A DNA stretch of 64,000 bases from Octopus sinensis. Its lineage: Eukaryota. Below, one piece after another: positions 26,567 to 39,490 of this stretch (its first letter is position 1; each line of letters begins with the position of its first letter). The stretch is from positions 24,366,001 through 24,430,000 of the forward strand of contig NC_043001.1 in NCBI RefSeq assembly GCF_006345805.1. The letters run 5' to 3'. The notes beneath the pieces are model-generated. The model ran no database searches. It had not been told where the DNA came from and saw only the letters and a program-made list of their open reading frames with translations. The position numbers and the translations under genes are program-made.

Positions 26567-26733
26567 CGGCGTTTCCCAACTGGGGTTCCGTGGAACCCTA
26601 AGGTTCTGCAATACATTCCTAGGGGTTCCCCGAGAAAGTGTGAGATAAGCTAATGCTAATTTCATGATCGTAATATTACTATACATGCACAACATATTAT
26701 TAGTTATTTGTAATATTAGTTATTGTAATATTA

Positions 26734-26771
<38 letters not shown>

Positions 26772-26903
26772 ATATTTACCGCATGAACTACAATGAAAAA
26801 ATATGAAAGATATGGTATATCATTTTTTTTTTGTACAAGGGTTCCTTGAGACATGTAATTTATTTTAAGGGTTACGCTAGGGTAAAAATGTTGAGAAAAA
26901 CTG
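26567..26903. mobile_element. hAT-type MITE
   Basis: Imperfect TIR CGGCGTTTCCCAAC...GTTGAGAAAAACTG; TSD TTCTAATG/CTCTAATG (7 of 8). Confidence 0.75.
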
Positions 26904-27106
26904 CTCTAATGCTATGGCAGAAATAAGCTGACCTTGAATGAGCGAGTGACAAATATTTCATATTCCAATGATTGCTGCAATATTGTTTTGAATTACTGAG
27001 TAATTTATCTTTTCTCCTTTACTATAATCCTACTTCTGTCATATTTTATACCTATCAAATAATTTATTGGGTCTCTCCATAAATATGAATTTACTCCAAA
27101 CAATAA

Positions 27107-27293
27107 GGCACGTAAAAGGCACCCACTACACTCTCAGAGTGGTTGGTGTTAGGAAGGGCATCCAGCTGTGGAAACTCTGCCAGATCAGATTGGGGTCTGG
27201 TGCAGCCATCTTGTTCGCCAGACCTCAGTCATTCGTCCAACCCATGCTAGCATGGAAAGCGGACGTTAAACGATGATGATGATGATGATGATG
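27107..27293 (+). mobile_element. RTE 3'-tail element (family B) with (GAT)n tail
   Basis: GGCACGTAAAAGGCACCCACTACACTCTC...GCATGGAAAGCGGACGTTAAACGATGATGAT. Confidence 0.85.
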
Positions 27294-27419
27294 AATAATT
27301 TTTGAGTTTAGCTTTATTTCCAAAGCCAATTGACACCATTAGAACAATGCAGGGTCATTTTTGTAATGGGATGAACTGGTTTTGATTCTCTTGAAATCTG
27401 TGTAACAGTTACATATTAT

Positions 27420-27610
27420 TGGTTTCAAATTTTAGCACAAAACCTGCAATTTTAGCGGGAGGGTTTAAGTTGATTACAGTGATCAACTGGTACTTATTTT
27501 ATTGACCCTGAAAGGATGAAAGGCAAAGTAGACTCTGGCAGAATTTGAACTCAGAACGTAAAGATTTTTGCTGCTAAGAATTTTGCCCAGCATGCTAACA
27601 ATTCTGCTTT
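27420..27610 (-). mobile_element. Degenerate SINE family E
   Basis: Reverse complement has TCTGAGTTCAAATTCTGCC...ACTTTGCCTTTCATCCTTTCAGGGTCAATAAAATAAGTACCAG. Confidence 0.7.
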
Positions 27611-27783
27611 AACTTTCTACAAACTTTCTCACAAAGTTTCATTGATAGTAAAGGTTCATAGTTAATTCTCATTCTACTTTTCATATGTAATATTCTAAAT
27701 ACTTCAGATTATAATCTCCTCCATTAATCATGGACCAAATACTTTGTAAATAGTAGCTATAGTTTCAGTTGATGTGTTCACAG

Positions 27784-27846
27784 GTCAAATTCAGCAAAGC
27801 GGCTGGATTTTATATCTCAAGAAATGCAATTACAAAGAAGACTGAG
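27784..27846 (+). CDS. Predicted internal exon, 63 nt, phase 2-2: (R)SNSAKRLDFISQEMQLQRRL(S/R)
   Basis: Acceptor gatgtgttcacag, donor AG|gttagt, symmetric open frame continuing from exon 21643. Confidence 0.72.
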
Positions 27847-28770
27847 GTTAGTTTTTAGTTTCATCTCTTCTCTTATGAATCCTGCTATTTCATAACTAAC
27901 CCATCGACTTTTAACACTTACTATGATATGGTTTTGGAATTGAAACTTGCAAGGGTATTTAAATTTTGATTTTGAATCCTAATGCTTATAATGACTAGAT
28001 TTCCCATATTAACTTGTGTTACTAACAAAGCATGTTTTCAGTAATAATTCCTGTTTATTTTATCGAAGCAACTTTATTTGTAGTAAAATACTGATTCTGG
28101 ATTACAGTTAGAACCTATGTATATAATCAACTGGCATGTGTTGATTTTAAGTGATATGGTGAACTTATTTCTCTTGCTTTTTGAGAATAATCACGACAGT
28201 GAAGCAATGAAGAACTTAACTCTAGCCTACTACAGTTATTGTTGCATTTTCATTTCTTCTGGGTGAAAACAAATCCCAGTTGCACAATTAAGTATGACAT
28301 CCTCATCATCATTTAATGTTTGTTTTCCAAGCTGGCATGAGTGAGATGGTCTGACAGGAACCAAAGTTTGTCAAACCAGAAGGCTGCAACAAGTTCCAAT
28401 GTCTGCTTTGGTATGATTTTTATGGTTGAATGCCTTTCCAAATTCTAACCTTTTACAGTATGTACTGGATGCTTTTTATGTGGCTGCAACAGCTTACAAT
28501 TAACTAAATTTGCAAAAACTTATCTAAAACGTATTAAAGTTGCTCTCCTATAGAGAAACAAAACTAACATAATTATAAGTGTAATACTTAAATATTAAAA
28601 TGCTTTGTTGTTTTAAACTTTAGTGAGGAATTCCTAAAAGGGACACTCTAGCATATTTTAGATAACTAATAAAAAATATCTCATTGTTATGCTTAGAAAA
28701 TTATATATAAAATATTTTTTTTTAATATAGTAACTACTTGTAATTTAACAATATCCTAAGCTATGATACA

Positions 28771-29120
28771 TGGAGGTGCAATGGCCCAGTGGTTAGGGCA
28801 CCCAGTGGTTAGGCGCAATGGCCCAGCGGACTTGCGGTTGGAGGATGGCAGTTTCAATCCCCAGACCGGGCGATATGTGTGTTTATTGAGCGAAAATACC
28901 TAAAGCTCCATGAGGCTCTGGCGGGGGGTGGGGATGCCAACCCCTGTTGTACTCTTTCACCCCAACTTTCTCTCACTCTTTCTTCCTGTTTCTTGGGTAA
29001 TGCTACGATGGACTAGCATCCCGTCCAGCTGGGGGGAACACATATGCCACAGAAACTGGGAAACCGGGCCCATGAGCCTGGCTAGGTTTCAGAAAGGGTG
29101 CATAAATAAATGAAAATAAA
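28771..29120 (+). mobile_element. tRNA-derived SINE family C (duplicated A-box segment)
   Basis: Matches 2720-2997; CCCAGTGGTTAGG occurs twice. Confidence 0.85.
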
Positions 29121-29319
29121 TAAGCTATGATACATTATGCATAGCAGAAAGTACCTTTCTGCAAAGTCTACCAGTTGAAGTATATTACTTTTATGAACTG
29201 ATTGTATATTTCTATGGACTCAGAGAAATAATTCATTTTTATCTAAAACTCAGCCATCCAAAAAGATTTCAGGAGCATAAAAAAAAAATCAACAAAAACT
29301 GCAACAACCAACAGAAGTA

Positions 29320-29655
29320 CAGTAATCCCTCGCCATATCATTATTCACCTATCGCAGTTTATTATTTAAGCTTACATCGATTCCTCTGTGGTGTTGTTCT
29401 GCATTTATAATAAACTAAATATGTACAAATTATAAAAATAATATTAAAAAATATACAGTATAATATAAAAAAATATGCAATATAGGCGCAGGAGTGGCTG
29501 TGTGGTAAGTAGCTTGCTTACCAACCACATGGTTCCGGGTTCAGTCCCACTGTGTGGCACCTTGGGCAAGTGTCTTCTACTATAGCCTCAGGCTGACCAA
29601 AGCCTTCTGAGTGGTTTTGGTAGACAGAAACTGAAAGAAGCCCATCATATATATG

Positions 29656-29704
<49 letters not shown>

Positions 29705-29998
29705 TGTGTGTGTGTGTCTATGTTTGTGTTTGTTCCCCCAACATTGCTTGACAACCGATGCTGGTGTGTTTATGTCCCCATAACTTAGCAGTTCGGCAAA
29801 AGAGACTGATAGAATAAGTACTAGGCTTCCAAAGAATAAGTCCTGGGTCGATTTGCTGGACTAAAGGTGGTGCTCCAGCATGGCCACAGTCAAATGACTG
29901 AAACAAGTAAAAGAGTACAATACTGTTGCTACTTCGTGGATTTTCCCCTATCGTGGTAGTTGGGGAACATAACACCCACTATAGTTGAGGGATTATTG
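29320..29998. mobile_element. pogo/Tigger-like MITE interrupted by a family A SINE
   Basis: TA|CAGTAATCCCTC...GAGGGATTATTG|TA. Confidence 0.75.
29485..29916 (+). mobile_element. SINE family A
   Basis: Full length from GGCGCAGGAGTGGCTG to AAACAAGTAAAAGAG. Confidence 0.9.
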
Positions 29999-30552
29999 TA
30001 AACAGTTATGAATTTTATGCTGCAAGGAAGAAGTACGGGGAAGTTCAACATTTCAAACTGTGGGCTTTTGCCAAAAGGCTAAGATAAAAGAAACGAAGAA
30101 AATTATTTAAAATGTTTGGTATAGATTAATCTTTAGGATTTTTTTAGGTTCTACAGTAGTCAAATCATTGACTTATAATTTTTAATATTTGATATTGATA
30201 TGAAAAATTTATTGTTGTTACTGCTTGCCCCAATTCAGCTCTGATTACAGGTGTTCCAGCCATGATCATCTAACCTTAAATTACCCAATACATCTTTTAC
30301 TTTTTTCTTAGACAGTGAAATGTAATTTAAGATTGGGCTTCGTAGAGGTTTTCATAGTTGGAGCAATCAAAACTGAAAGTATTAATTTTTAATAGTTAAC
30401 AAGGTTGCCATCAAATCAGCTGCTAAGTATTTTAGCATTTTATGTATGCCACATCTATTGGGATATTTCATTAAAATCTCATTAAAGATATGTTTCTATC
30501 TTCATTTTATCAGCCAGTGAAGGTTTTAACCATAAAAAATGATGTATCTTAT

Positions 30553-30858
30553 TGTTTGTTCCTTCTCAAGCCACGCCTGGCTCATAAGGGCCGGTTTCTC
30601 AGTTTCCTTGGTGTATAGGTTTCCCACCTGGACAGGATGCCAGTCTGTCGCAGGTGAGCTGCAAGATAAAGGACGAAAGAGTGAGAGAAAGTTGTGGCGA
30701 AAGAGTCAGCATTACCTTCTGCCGGAGCTGTGTAGAACTTAGGTGTTTCACTTAGGTGTTTTGCTCATAAACACACACATCGCCTGGTCTGAGATTCAAA
30801 CCCGCAATCCCTTGACTACGAGTCCACTGCTCTAACCACTAGGCCATGAGCCTCCACT
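30553..30858 (-). mobile_element. tRNA-derived SINE family C (subfamily with an AAGGAACAAAC tail)
   Basis: Reverse-complement match to 34748-35052. Confidence 0.85.
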
Positions 30859-31549
30859 TGTATCGTATTAAGTGAGAGATTAAAAAAATTATTTTTATCA
30901 AATGTAGTCATGTTATTAAATATAAACTTTCTGTTAATTTTTCCTGCAACACTAGTATATTTATTCTGAAAGCATTACAGTTAAACTTATAAGTAATTTT
31001 ATAACATAAATACTATTTTTAGTTTACTAATACTTTACATCCCAATCTTCTAAATATAATGTTCAAACTCATTTTGCAAATGGAGAAAGTGCTTATATTG
31101 ATTAAATGTCTAAATGCTTGAGATAGGTTACTATTAATAAAATTACTACAGGTTATCAGACAATTAACCTCATCTATGCAGGTATAACATTTCAAAATAT
31201 TTACATCTTCACTGTTTCAATTGGTTTAAACTCCAGCCATCAACAAGTGTCTTATTTCTAACAGCATTCATAACATCAAACTGAATTAAAAGTTGTAAAC
31301 TATTTCTCAACTAAGGCTGGTATTTCATAAACCCAGTCTGATACTAAGTACACCTTCTTATCATGACAAGAACTGTATAGTGGAAATGTAACAGCTTATC
31401 AAATCATAGAGATGTAATCTTAGTAATATCCAGAATTATAATAGTACTACTGTATACTAATTGCTATTATTCATAGTTATATTTTTTAACAGCAGTAAAA
31501 TGAAGAAAAAAATCAAATTTCTCCTTTAAAAAAATTCATCAGGATAAAT

Positions 31550-31707
31550 ACAGGAGTGGCTGTGTGGTAAGTAGTTTGCTTACGAACCACATGGTTCCAG
31601 GTTCAGTCCCACTGCGTGGCACATTGGGCAAGTGTCTTCTACTATAGTCTCAGGCCGACCAAAGCTTTGTAATTGGATTTGGTAGACGGAAACTGAAAGA
31701 AGCCATC

Positions 31708-31775
<68 letters not shown>

Positions 31776-31822
31776 ATGTATGTGTGTGTATATGTTTGTG
31801 TGTTTGTATATATATACGTACA

Positions 31823-31905
<83 letters not shown>

Positions 31906-32137
31906 TTATGTATGTATGTGTGTGTGTATATGTTTGTGTGTTTGTCTTCCCAACATCGTTTGACAATGCTGGTGTGTTTACGTGCCCTGTAACTTAGCGG
32001 TTCAGCAAAAAGAGACCGATAGAATAAGTACTAAGCTTACAAAGAATAAGTCTTGGGGTAGATTTCCTCGATCGACTAAAGGCGGTGCTCCAGCATGGCC
32101 ATGGTCAAATGACTGAAACAAGTAAAAGAGTAAAAGA
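31550..32137 (+). mobile_element. SINE family A with an expanded internal microsatellite
   Basis: Family A head and tail around a ~220-bp TA/TG tract. Confidence 0.9.
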
Positions 32138-32289
32138 ATTCTAGCTCAAAATATAAGGAATAATGCAATTGATGTATTTGCAGGCTGCTTACTTATTTAT
32201 TGTGCAACAATTTTTGCTGTGAAATACATTATGAAAATATTGTCAAGATGAAGTAAAGTTAAATATACTCTGCTTGTATATTCATATAT

Positions 32290-32689
32290 TTATATATATA
32301 TAAAGCTGAAGTTGTCTATGTATGGCAGGTTTGGTAGCCTTCAACTAACGCTATCTCCTCCAAGATCCTGCGGCACAAGTTGACCAAAATTGAGAGTATG
32401 ATAGAAGAAGGCTTGCTCTTCCTTCCATAGAAGAAAAAGTTCAAATCGGACCATGTTAACACCAAAAGTTATTTACGTCAAAAAGATGCTTTTTTTCTAT
32501 GAAAATCCCTATTTTTTACGATTTTTTTACTGCTGTATCGCCATTTTTCAGTGTATTTCAACCAGAAAAATTTCACTTAAAGAGAATAACAAGCTACTTT
32601 TCACTTAAAGAGAATAACACGTTACTTTTCAAAAATTCCAGTTCTAAACGGTCGAAAACAAACCGAGTAATGCCAGGCAATACTGCTAG
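32290..32689 (+). mobile_element. Non-autonomous Helitron-like element (same family as 9658)
   Basis: Reverse complement of the 9658 and 10637 copies; ends in a hairpin plus CTAG|T. Confidence 0.8.
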
Positions 32690-32989
32690 TATATGGATAT
32701 ATAATTGATTGACAGAATTAAGGCATCAAACGAAATGTCATGTAGCTCTTTATATTCTTAATTCAAATCTTAGAGAGGGCAATTCTGCTGTCCATTCTCA
32801 GGTCACAAACAAATACTAGGTCTTAGTTTAATCAGCTATAACCTTCCCGGAAACGTGTAGCCCTTATGCTTATATTACAAATCAATCTATTGAAAAAGTT
32901 GGAAGGATCTTAATTCATTTCCTGTTAGTTTATTGTTTCTTTGTCTAAAAACTGTTATGTCAAGGGTCTCTTTATACTTTCAAGTCATT

Positions 32990-33382
32990 TACTCTTTTAT
33001 TTGTTTCAGTCATTTGACTGTGGTCATGCTGGAGCACCACCTTTAGTCGAGCAAATTGACCCCAGGACTTATTCTTTGTAAGCCTATCACTTATTTTATC
33101 AGTCCCTTTTGCCAAACTGCTAAGTTATGAGGACGTAAACACACCAGCATCAGTTGTCAAGCGATGTTGGGGGGACATAAACAGACACACAAACACACAC
33201 ACCACGCACACACACACACACACACACATATACAATGGGCTTCTTTCAGTTTCTGCCTACCAAATCCACTCACAAGGCTTTGGTCGGCCCGAAGTTATAG
33301 TAGAAGACACTTGCCCAAGGTTCGCAGTGGGACTGAATCCGGAACCATGTGGTTGGTAAGCAAGCTACTTACCACACAGCCG
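32990..33382 (-). mobile_element. SINE family A
   Basis: Near full-length match to family A. Confidence 0.9.
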
Positions 33383-33438
33383 CTCAAGAAAGATTATAAG
33401 TGACTATCTATGAATAGTTTGTGATCTCATAACTTTTA

Positions 33439-33737
33439 CAGTGGAACCTGTGTTCTCATCTCAAACAAATCAGTTTATGAACAATTTTTCAAACGGAAAA
33501 CATCTCAAGTGATGAATGGTGTCTTGAGTAAGGAACATACAAGCCGGCAATAACAGCTGGTAATATGAGTGGGAAAATGTCAGTTACTGTCTAGCTTTCA
33601 TTCAGTGCATGGCCTTGCTCGAATTCACTTTGCCTTCTTTTGAATTTCCTATGAGGAAAATAGTTTTGATTTACAGACATTTTAGGTGATGAATGGCCTT
33701 CAGGAATGAATTAAATTTGTAACCCGGGGTTCGACTG
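33439..33737. mobile_element. Degenerate pogo/Tigger-like MITE
   Basis: TA|CAGTGGAACC...GGTTCGACTG. Confidence 0.55.
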
Positions 33738-33793
33738 CATCTGTGTGTTTCAAATCCTCTCTCATGGGATTTTCAGTATTCATATATTTAAAA

Positions 33794-34152
33794 TTAGCAC
33801 TATGACCCGGCAGTGCTAGTGCATACATATACAGCTGCATGCGTGCACACATACACACAAGTACTGTCCAAATCTCTGACCAATCACATACAGCTAGCTG
33901 GCATTCAATTGGCATATCAAGTTTCGGGCATTTTGATTGGGTTTTGGATAGAAAATTCACAAAAAAGTCACCTCTATTGATTTTTTAATGGCTTTGCGGG
34001 GTGACTGGGGAAATGTAAAGATGTGTGCGACCACCCTTGGACGGTTTTGAATGACCATAGAAAGTGTGAGCCCTCTAACAGAAAAATTGTGGATTTGTAT
34101 AAAGGACATGCACACACAGACAGACATTTTGCCAATTATATATAGAGAGAGA
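33794..34152 (-). mobile_element. Second Helitron-like family
   Basis: Minus strand starts TCTCTCTCTATATATAA and ends ...GCCGGGTCATAGTGCTAAT, the same terminal layout as the 9658 family. Confidence 0.45.
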
Positions 34153-34747
34153 TTACATTTGGTGAACAATAGTGTCAGTGGTTACAAGTCCCTAGTACAT
34201 CAACCACCGGTGGTTCTCTGCATTTCTGAAGGTTAGAGTGCCAAGGGTGTCTCAGTAATTTAGTGTACAACATATATTCCAAAAGGCTTCATTTAAAGAA
34301 TACACCAGATTTTCAGTTTTCCCACTAACATCTTTATACACACATATGCACACAGTCATACATACAAACACACACACACATGGGTTTCTGCACAGTTTCC
34401 ATCAACCTCATTCTCTCACAGGATATTTGCCATCCATTGATATTCAAACCTTCATTCAAATGGTTATAATTTAACTGATGCAACTGCATAACAAAATCTA
34501 TCAATGCTGTTTGATGGATTTATTGTTTCATAGGCCATTACATATTCATTATAATCAGTTTGTATTTCAAACAGGAAAGAGCAATAATAAGTTGTAGTAT
34601 ATTTTCTATTAATTATGCATAGATAATTGCAATTGAAATTTCAGAAGGGTCAACATATATGAAAGTGTGTAGTTTTCAACAACTCATGATCAATATTATC
34701 TGGTAACTCAACGTAAATGATTTAGAGTTTACTATGTATATTCTTTG

Positions 34748-35052
34748 TGGAGGCATATGGCCTAGTGGTTAGAGCAGCGGATTCACGGTCGAGAGATCGC
34801 GGGTTCGAATCTCAGACCCGGCAATGTGTGTGTTTATGAGCGAAACACCTAAAGCGCCACGCAGCTCCGGCAGAAGGTAATGGCGAACTTCTGCTGGTTC
34901 TTTCGCCACAACTTTCTCTCACTCTTTCCTCCTGCATCTTGCAGCTCACCTGCAACAGACTGGTGTCCCATCCAGGTGGGGAACCTATATGCCAAGGAAA
35001 CCAGAAAACCAGCCATTATGAACCAGGCATGGCTCAAGAAGGAACAAAGAAC
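34748..35052 (+). mobile_element. tRNA-derived SINE family C
   Basis: TGGCCTAGTGGTTAGAGC A box and GGTTCGAATCTC B box. Confidence 0.88.
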
Positions 35053-37196
35053 AATGTATATTCTTTATCAACCAAAAAAATGTGTGTGTTATGAAATTCT
35101 TGGTTTTTTGTCATATAACAAATCCACCTAAAGTTACAAATCCAACACCTGGCTTCTCTGAAAAGTTTCCTTTTTCCATAAGATTATTGATTTTATATTA
35201 AAACCCCAGGTCATCTTTTCTAGTTTATCCATGTAAAGAGTATTTTCTTCCCATTTTTAGATTTTATACAAAACTGATGAAAACTATCAGCTTGTCTATG
35301 TCAGTATCTTTGTGTTTCTTGCATATAGTTGGACTGCTTTAAATGGTGTTGACATTATGACTATCAACCTTTCCAATATTACTATTTCTGACAACTATGT
35401 CATGCAAGTGGATATGATTTTACTTTCCTTGTTTCAGTCATTTGACTGTGGCCATGCTGAAACAATTAAAAGAGTAAAAGAGTAAATTGATGTGCATTTT
35501 AGAGGGTGTGTGGAATACATTTTGCTATGCCACTAGCATTAGAGAGATTGTCCCATATAAGGACGTCTAAAGGTCGTCACTCTTCCCTGTGTCAGTTCTT
35601 ATTCAGAGTTATTCTCCTGTAATACCAAGCACTTTTGTTGTCACTAGGCTAAGAGCTTTTATCAGCTATTTCCTGCGGAGGAAAATGGGGTTGAACTAGT
35701 GGAGCTAGACTGAGGGTACAGTAAAAGGCTTGATTGTGTGACAATTTCCTATTCCGTGGTGGTAGGCCTGCCCCCTCATCTGGGATACCACATGTTCTGA
35801 CACTTTCTCCAGTGGCAACTTGGTGTGTTCAGCTTCCAGCCTGATGCTTGTCAGGCTGAGAAAAGCAAACTCTCCAAAGTACTGGTCAAGCCTGTGGCGA
35901 TGAAGACCTCCAACGTTCTCAGCCCTCAGACCATATCCCTGCCCACTGCAGTCATGACAGAGATGGCTATCTGCAAGTGTAAGCCCCTTGAGTCAGAATA
36001 GCTCCTCCAGTGCATTTCAGTTGCCATCCTCCAGAGCAATACCTTTTCTATTTAGGTTCTCTGTGTTATGTTAAGACAGAGATCCTACTGTGGTGGCCTC
36101 ACATTGTCACCATGGCACTAAGTGTAGGTGTGTTTAGTTAGCAGGAAACTCAGGCTGTTACCATGGTGTAAGGTGGTGGGGGTGTATTTAATTAACAAGG
36201 GGATAATTATCATGTTGACTGCTGAACCCAAATGTGGCTTATAGACTAATAGCACCATCTCCTATGTTGTTAAGTGAGAAACTGGGATGTAAGGGGAGGA
36301 CTGGTTCAGGAAGCAAGAAAGAGAGAGACAGACAAAGAGACAGACTGACAGGCAAAGACAGAGTTTAAAAATATTGATAGAGATTTCAAATCAGAAATAT
36401 TAGATTAAATTGACGTTTTAAAAATTGCTCTGACATTTTGTTGAATGGTTCATTAGAAAGATGTACGGGTGAACTCAGAGCTGTTTGCCATCCATTTGAA
36501 TTCATATGGTGACTGTGAAGACACACCTCTCTCAGATAACTTTATATGACTTTGTGAGCATGTGCATATCACCATGAAGGTGAGAGAGAGAGAGAGAGAG
36601 AACTCTCAGCATTCAAAAGCTCATGTGTCTTAGGAGTCAAAATATCCAATCAATCAGAAGAGATTGATGATTAAGCTATCCTCATTGTCAGAATCAGCAC
36701 ACTGTAATCATCGTAATTATTGCCTCCTCCACAACTATTAACATCACCTCCGCCGCTGCTAGTGCCACCACCACCACTACCACCACCAACAACAACAATA
36801 TCATCATATTCATCATCATTTTCACTATAATCATATCTGATTTTTCAGGGCTGGCACAAGTAAAACAGCTTTACACAATTACATATTTCCATATATTTCA
36901 AACTAAGTGCTAGTAAAATACAGAAGCCAATATCTCTCATGTCCATTTAGATTGTTTTTTTTTTTTTTTTTTTCAACTCAAGTTGTTTTTCAAGTCCCCA
37001 AAATCATTCATCATCATCCTGCTTTTTGTCTGTTCACAATAGCCCTTTGCTTTCATTATGCATCTTCAAGTAGAATGTTGTAAAAAACCACTCAGAACTC
37101 TTATGTATTTAGCGATGTATTAAGTAATAGTTAAACCACACTTGTTAAATCCGATATTGTGCAATTCATTTCCACTTCTGACAGATTATTTTTAGA

Positions 37197-37411
37197 AGGC
37201 GGCGAGCTGGCAGAAACGTTAGCACGCCGGGCGAAATACTTAGCAGCATTTCGTCTGCCGCTACGATCTGAGTTCAAATTCCACCAAGGTCGACTTTGCC
37301 TTTCATCCTTTCGGGGTTGATAAATTAAGTACCAGTTATTCCCTGGGATTGATTAATCGACTTAATCCATTTGTCCTCGTTTGTCCCCTCTATGTTTAAC
37401 CCCCTGTGGGC
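37197..37411 (+). mobile_element. SINE family E (Meta-domain-like)
   Basis: GAGTTCAAATTCC B box, then GACTTTGCCTTTCATCCTTTCGGGGTTGATAAATTAAGTACCAG, resembling the MetaSINE central domain as recalled. Confidence 0.8.
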
Positions 37412-37442
37412 AATATATATATATATATATATATATATTGCC

Positions 37443-37486
<44 letters not shown>

Positions 37487-37488
<2 letters not shown>

Positions 37489-37964
37489 ACGTGGTATGAG
37501 AATACTACAGAAGGCGTCACCGAAAATGAGAATTGCAAAATCCTGTGGGATGCAATGATCCAGTGCAATCACCCAACCAGACATTGTTGTGGTGAATAAA
37601 AAAGAAAGAACATGCATATTAATTGACATAGTATGCCCCGGTGACAACAGGATCAATAGGAAAGAAGTAAAAATAAACAACTATGATGATTTGAAGCAGG
37701 AAATAGAAAAGTTGTGGTCAATGAGAAGAGTAGATGTGATACCAACAGTAAATGGTATCAGCACCCAACTACCAGCATGGCTGAAAAAGATTGGTGCAAG
37801 TGTGAAGGCAGAACACCTACAAAAATCAGCATTGCTTGGAACTGCAAGAATTCTTCACATGGTTCTTGAAGCATGACCAGTGTCACCTTAGTCTGCTAGC
37901 TGTGGAAAACTGATACTTTCCATCATAGCCAGCAAAATAAGCTGTGAGTTTTCACATAATAATA

Positions 37965-38012
<48 letters not shown>

Positions 38013-38017
38013 TAATA
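37487..38017 (+). mobile_element. 5'-truncated R4/Dong-clade non-LTR retrotransposon (restriction-like endonuclease domain remnant) with a (TAA)n tail
   Basis: WYENTTEGVTENENCKILWDAMIQC, a frameshift, then PDIVVVNKKERTCILIDIVCPGD...YDDLKQEIEKLW...VIP...LQKSALLGTARILHMVLEA*. This is the PD..D RLE signature. Confidence 0.85.
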
Positions 38018-38270
38018 ATGCCGGTGGCACGTAAAAAGCATCATCTGATCGTGGCCATTTGCCAGCCTCGTCTGGCACCTGTGCCGGTGGCATGTAAAAA
38101 GCACCCACTACACTCATGGCGGGTGGTTGGCGTTAGGAAGGGCATCCAGCCGTAGAAACATTGCCAGATCAGACTGGGCCTGGTGCAGCTTTCTGGCTTC
38201 CCAGACCCCAGTTGAACCGTCCAACCCATGCTAGCATGGAAAGCAGACGCTAAACGATGATGATGATGAT
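38018..38270 (+). mobile_element. RTE 3'-tail element (family B)
   Basis: Two GTGCCGGTGGCAC-type modules, then the family B tail and (GAT)n. Confidence 0.85.
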
Positions 38271-39153
38271 GAATGCCCTGATGTAGTACCAGGCAGTGGC
38301 TCTCATGGTTCCTCATCTTAACTGATTGGAAGTGTTATCATATACATTGTTTTGCCTTGGTATAAAAGATGGGCTACAGCAAATATTTTGCTCAATACCA
38401 CAGATTTGTTTGTCAGTTGTTTGACCTTAACCAGTTGAGCATGTCTCTTAATGGCTGACAATATGTGCATCGCTGATCATGAGCAGAAGCAGTACGGGAG
38501 CATCATAGTCATGTGTTGAGAAGAATTCTTTGGGGGTTTGGATAATTCACCCCTGGAAACATGGGTGTTTCGTTCAACATCCTTAAACAACCCTTATTCA
38601 GGGACCTTTTGAGCAGGATGGGTTACTCGACCAGAAGAAAATTCTAACTGGGCCCCACCTGCAAGGTCATGTGCTATTTATCTTGATATGAGATCAACAT
38701 GTTGCGCACATATGGTTATGATGCATGTGCTTGGTGTACCCGTATTGAACGAGTAGTCATGATGGCATGCACTGTTTTCTGACTCAATAATAATAATAAT
38801 AATAATAATAATTATAATAAGCTGAAGGAGTGGATAGAAAAGTTTGGCTTGCAAAGGCACATAGAATACATACAACTAACCTGCTTGTTAGGAATGGCAA
38901 AGACCTTTTATAAGTCCTTGGATGGCTGAGGTCACAGGTGACGTATTGCAAGATTCGTGGCAGCTTCAGTAGTGCTGGTGCCCACAAATGAAAGCTCCCA
39001 GTACTTTCTGTAAAGAGGTTGTCATTTGGGAGGGAATCAAACCATAGAGACATGCTGAAACAAACAGTGCAGCACGATGTAGTCCTTAAACTCATCAGAT
39101 TCTGTCAAACCACCAAACTTACATCAGAATTGAAGATAGACATTAAGAGATAT

Positions 39154-39190
39154 TGTTGTTGATGATGACAACGATGATGATGTTGATGAC

Positions 39191-39222
<32 letters not shown>

Positions 39223-39490
39223 CGATGACAATGATGATGATGATGATGACGATGACGACGATGTTGATGATGATGATGACGATGATGATGTTGATGATGA
39301 TGACGATGATGACAATGATGTTGATGATGATGATGACGATGATGATGATAATGACAATGACAATGATGATGACGATGATGATGACGATGATGATGAGGAT
39401 GATGATGATGATGATGACGACGACGATAATGATGTTGATGATGACGATGACGATGATGATGTTGATGATGGTGATGTTGATGATGATGAT
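39154..39490. repeat. Imperfect (GAT)n trinucleotide microsatellite
   Basis: Directly visible; source of the poly-H/S/I/M pseudo-ORFs. Confidence 0.97.

Noticed and set aside
34748-34820. tRNA gene
   Set aside because: A and B boxes are present but continue into a SINE body found in several copies; this is a SINE head.
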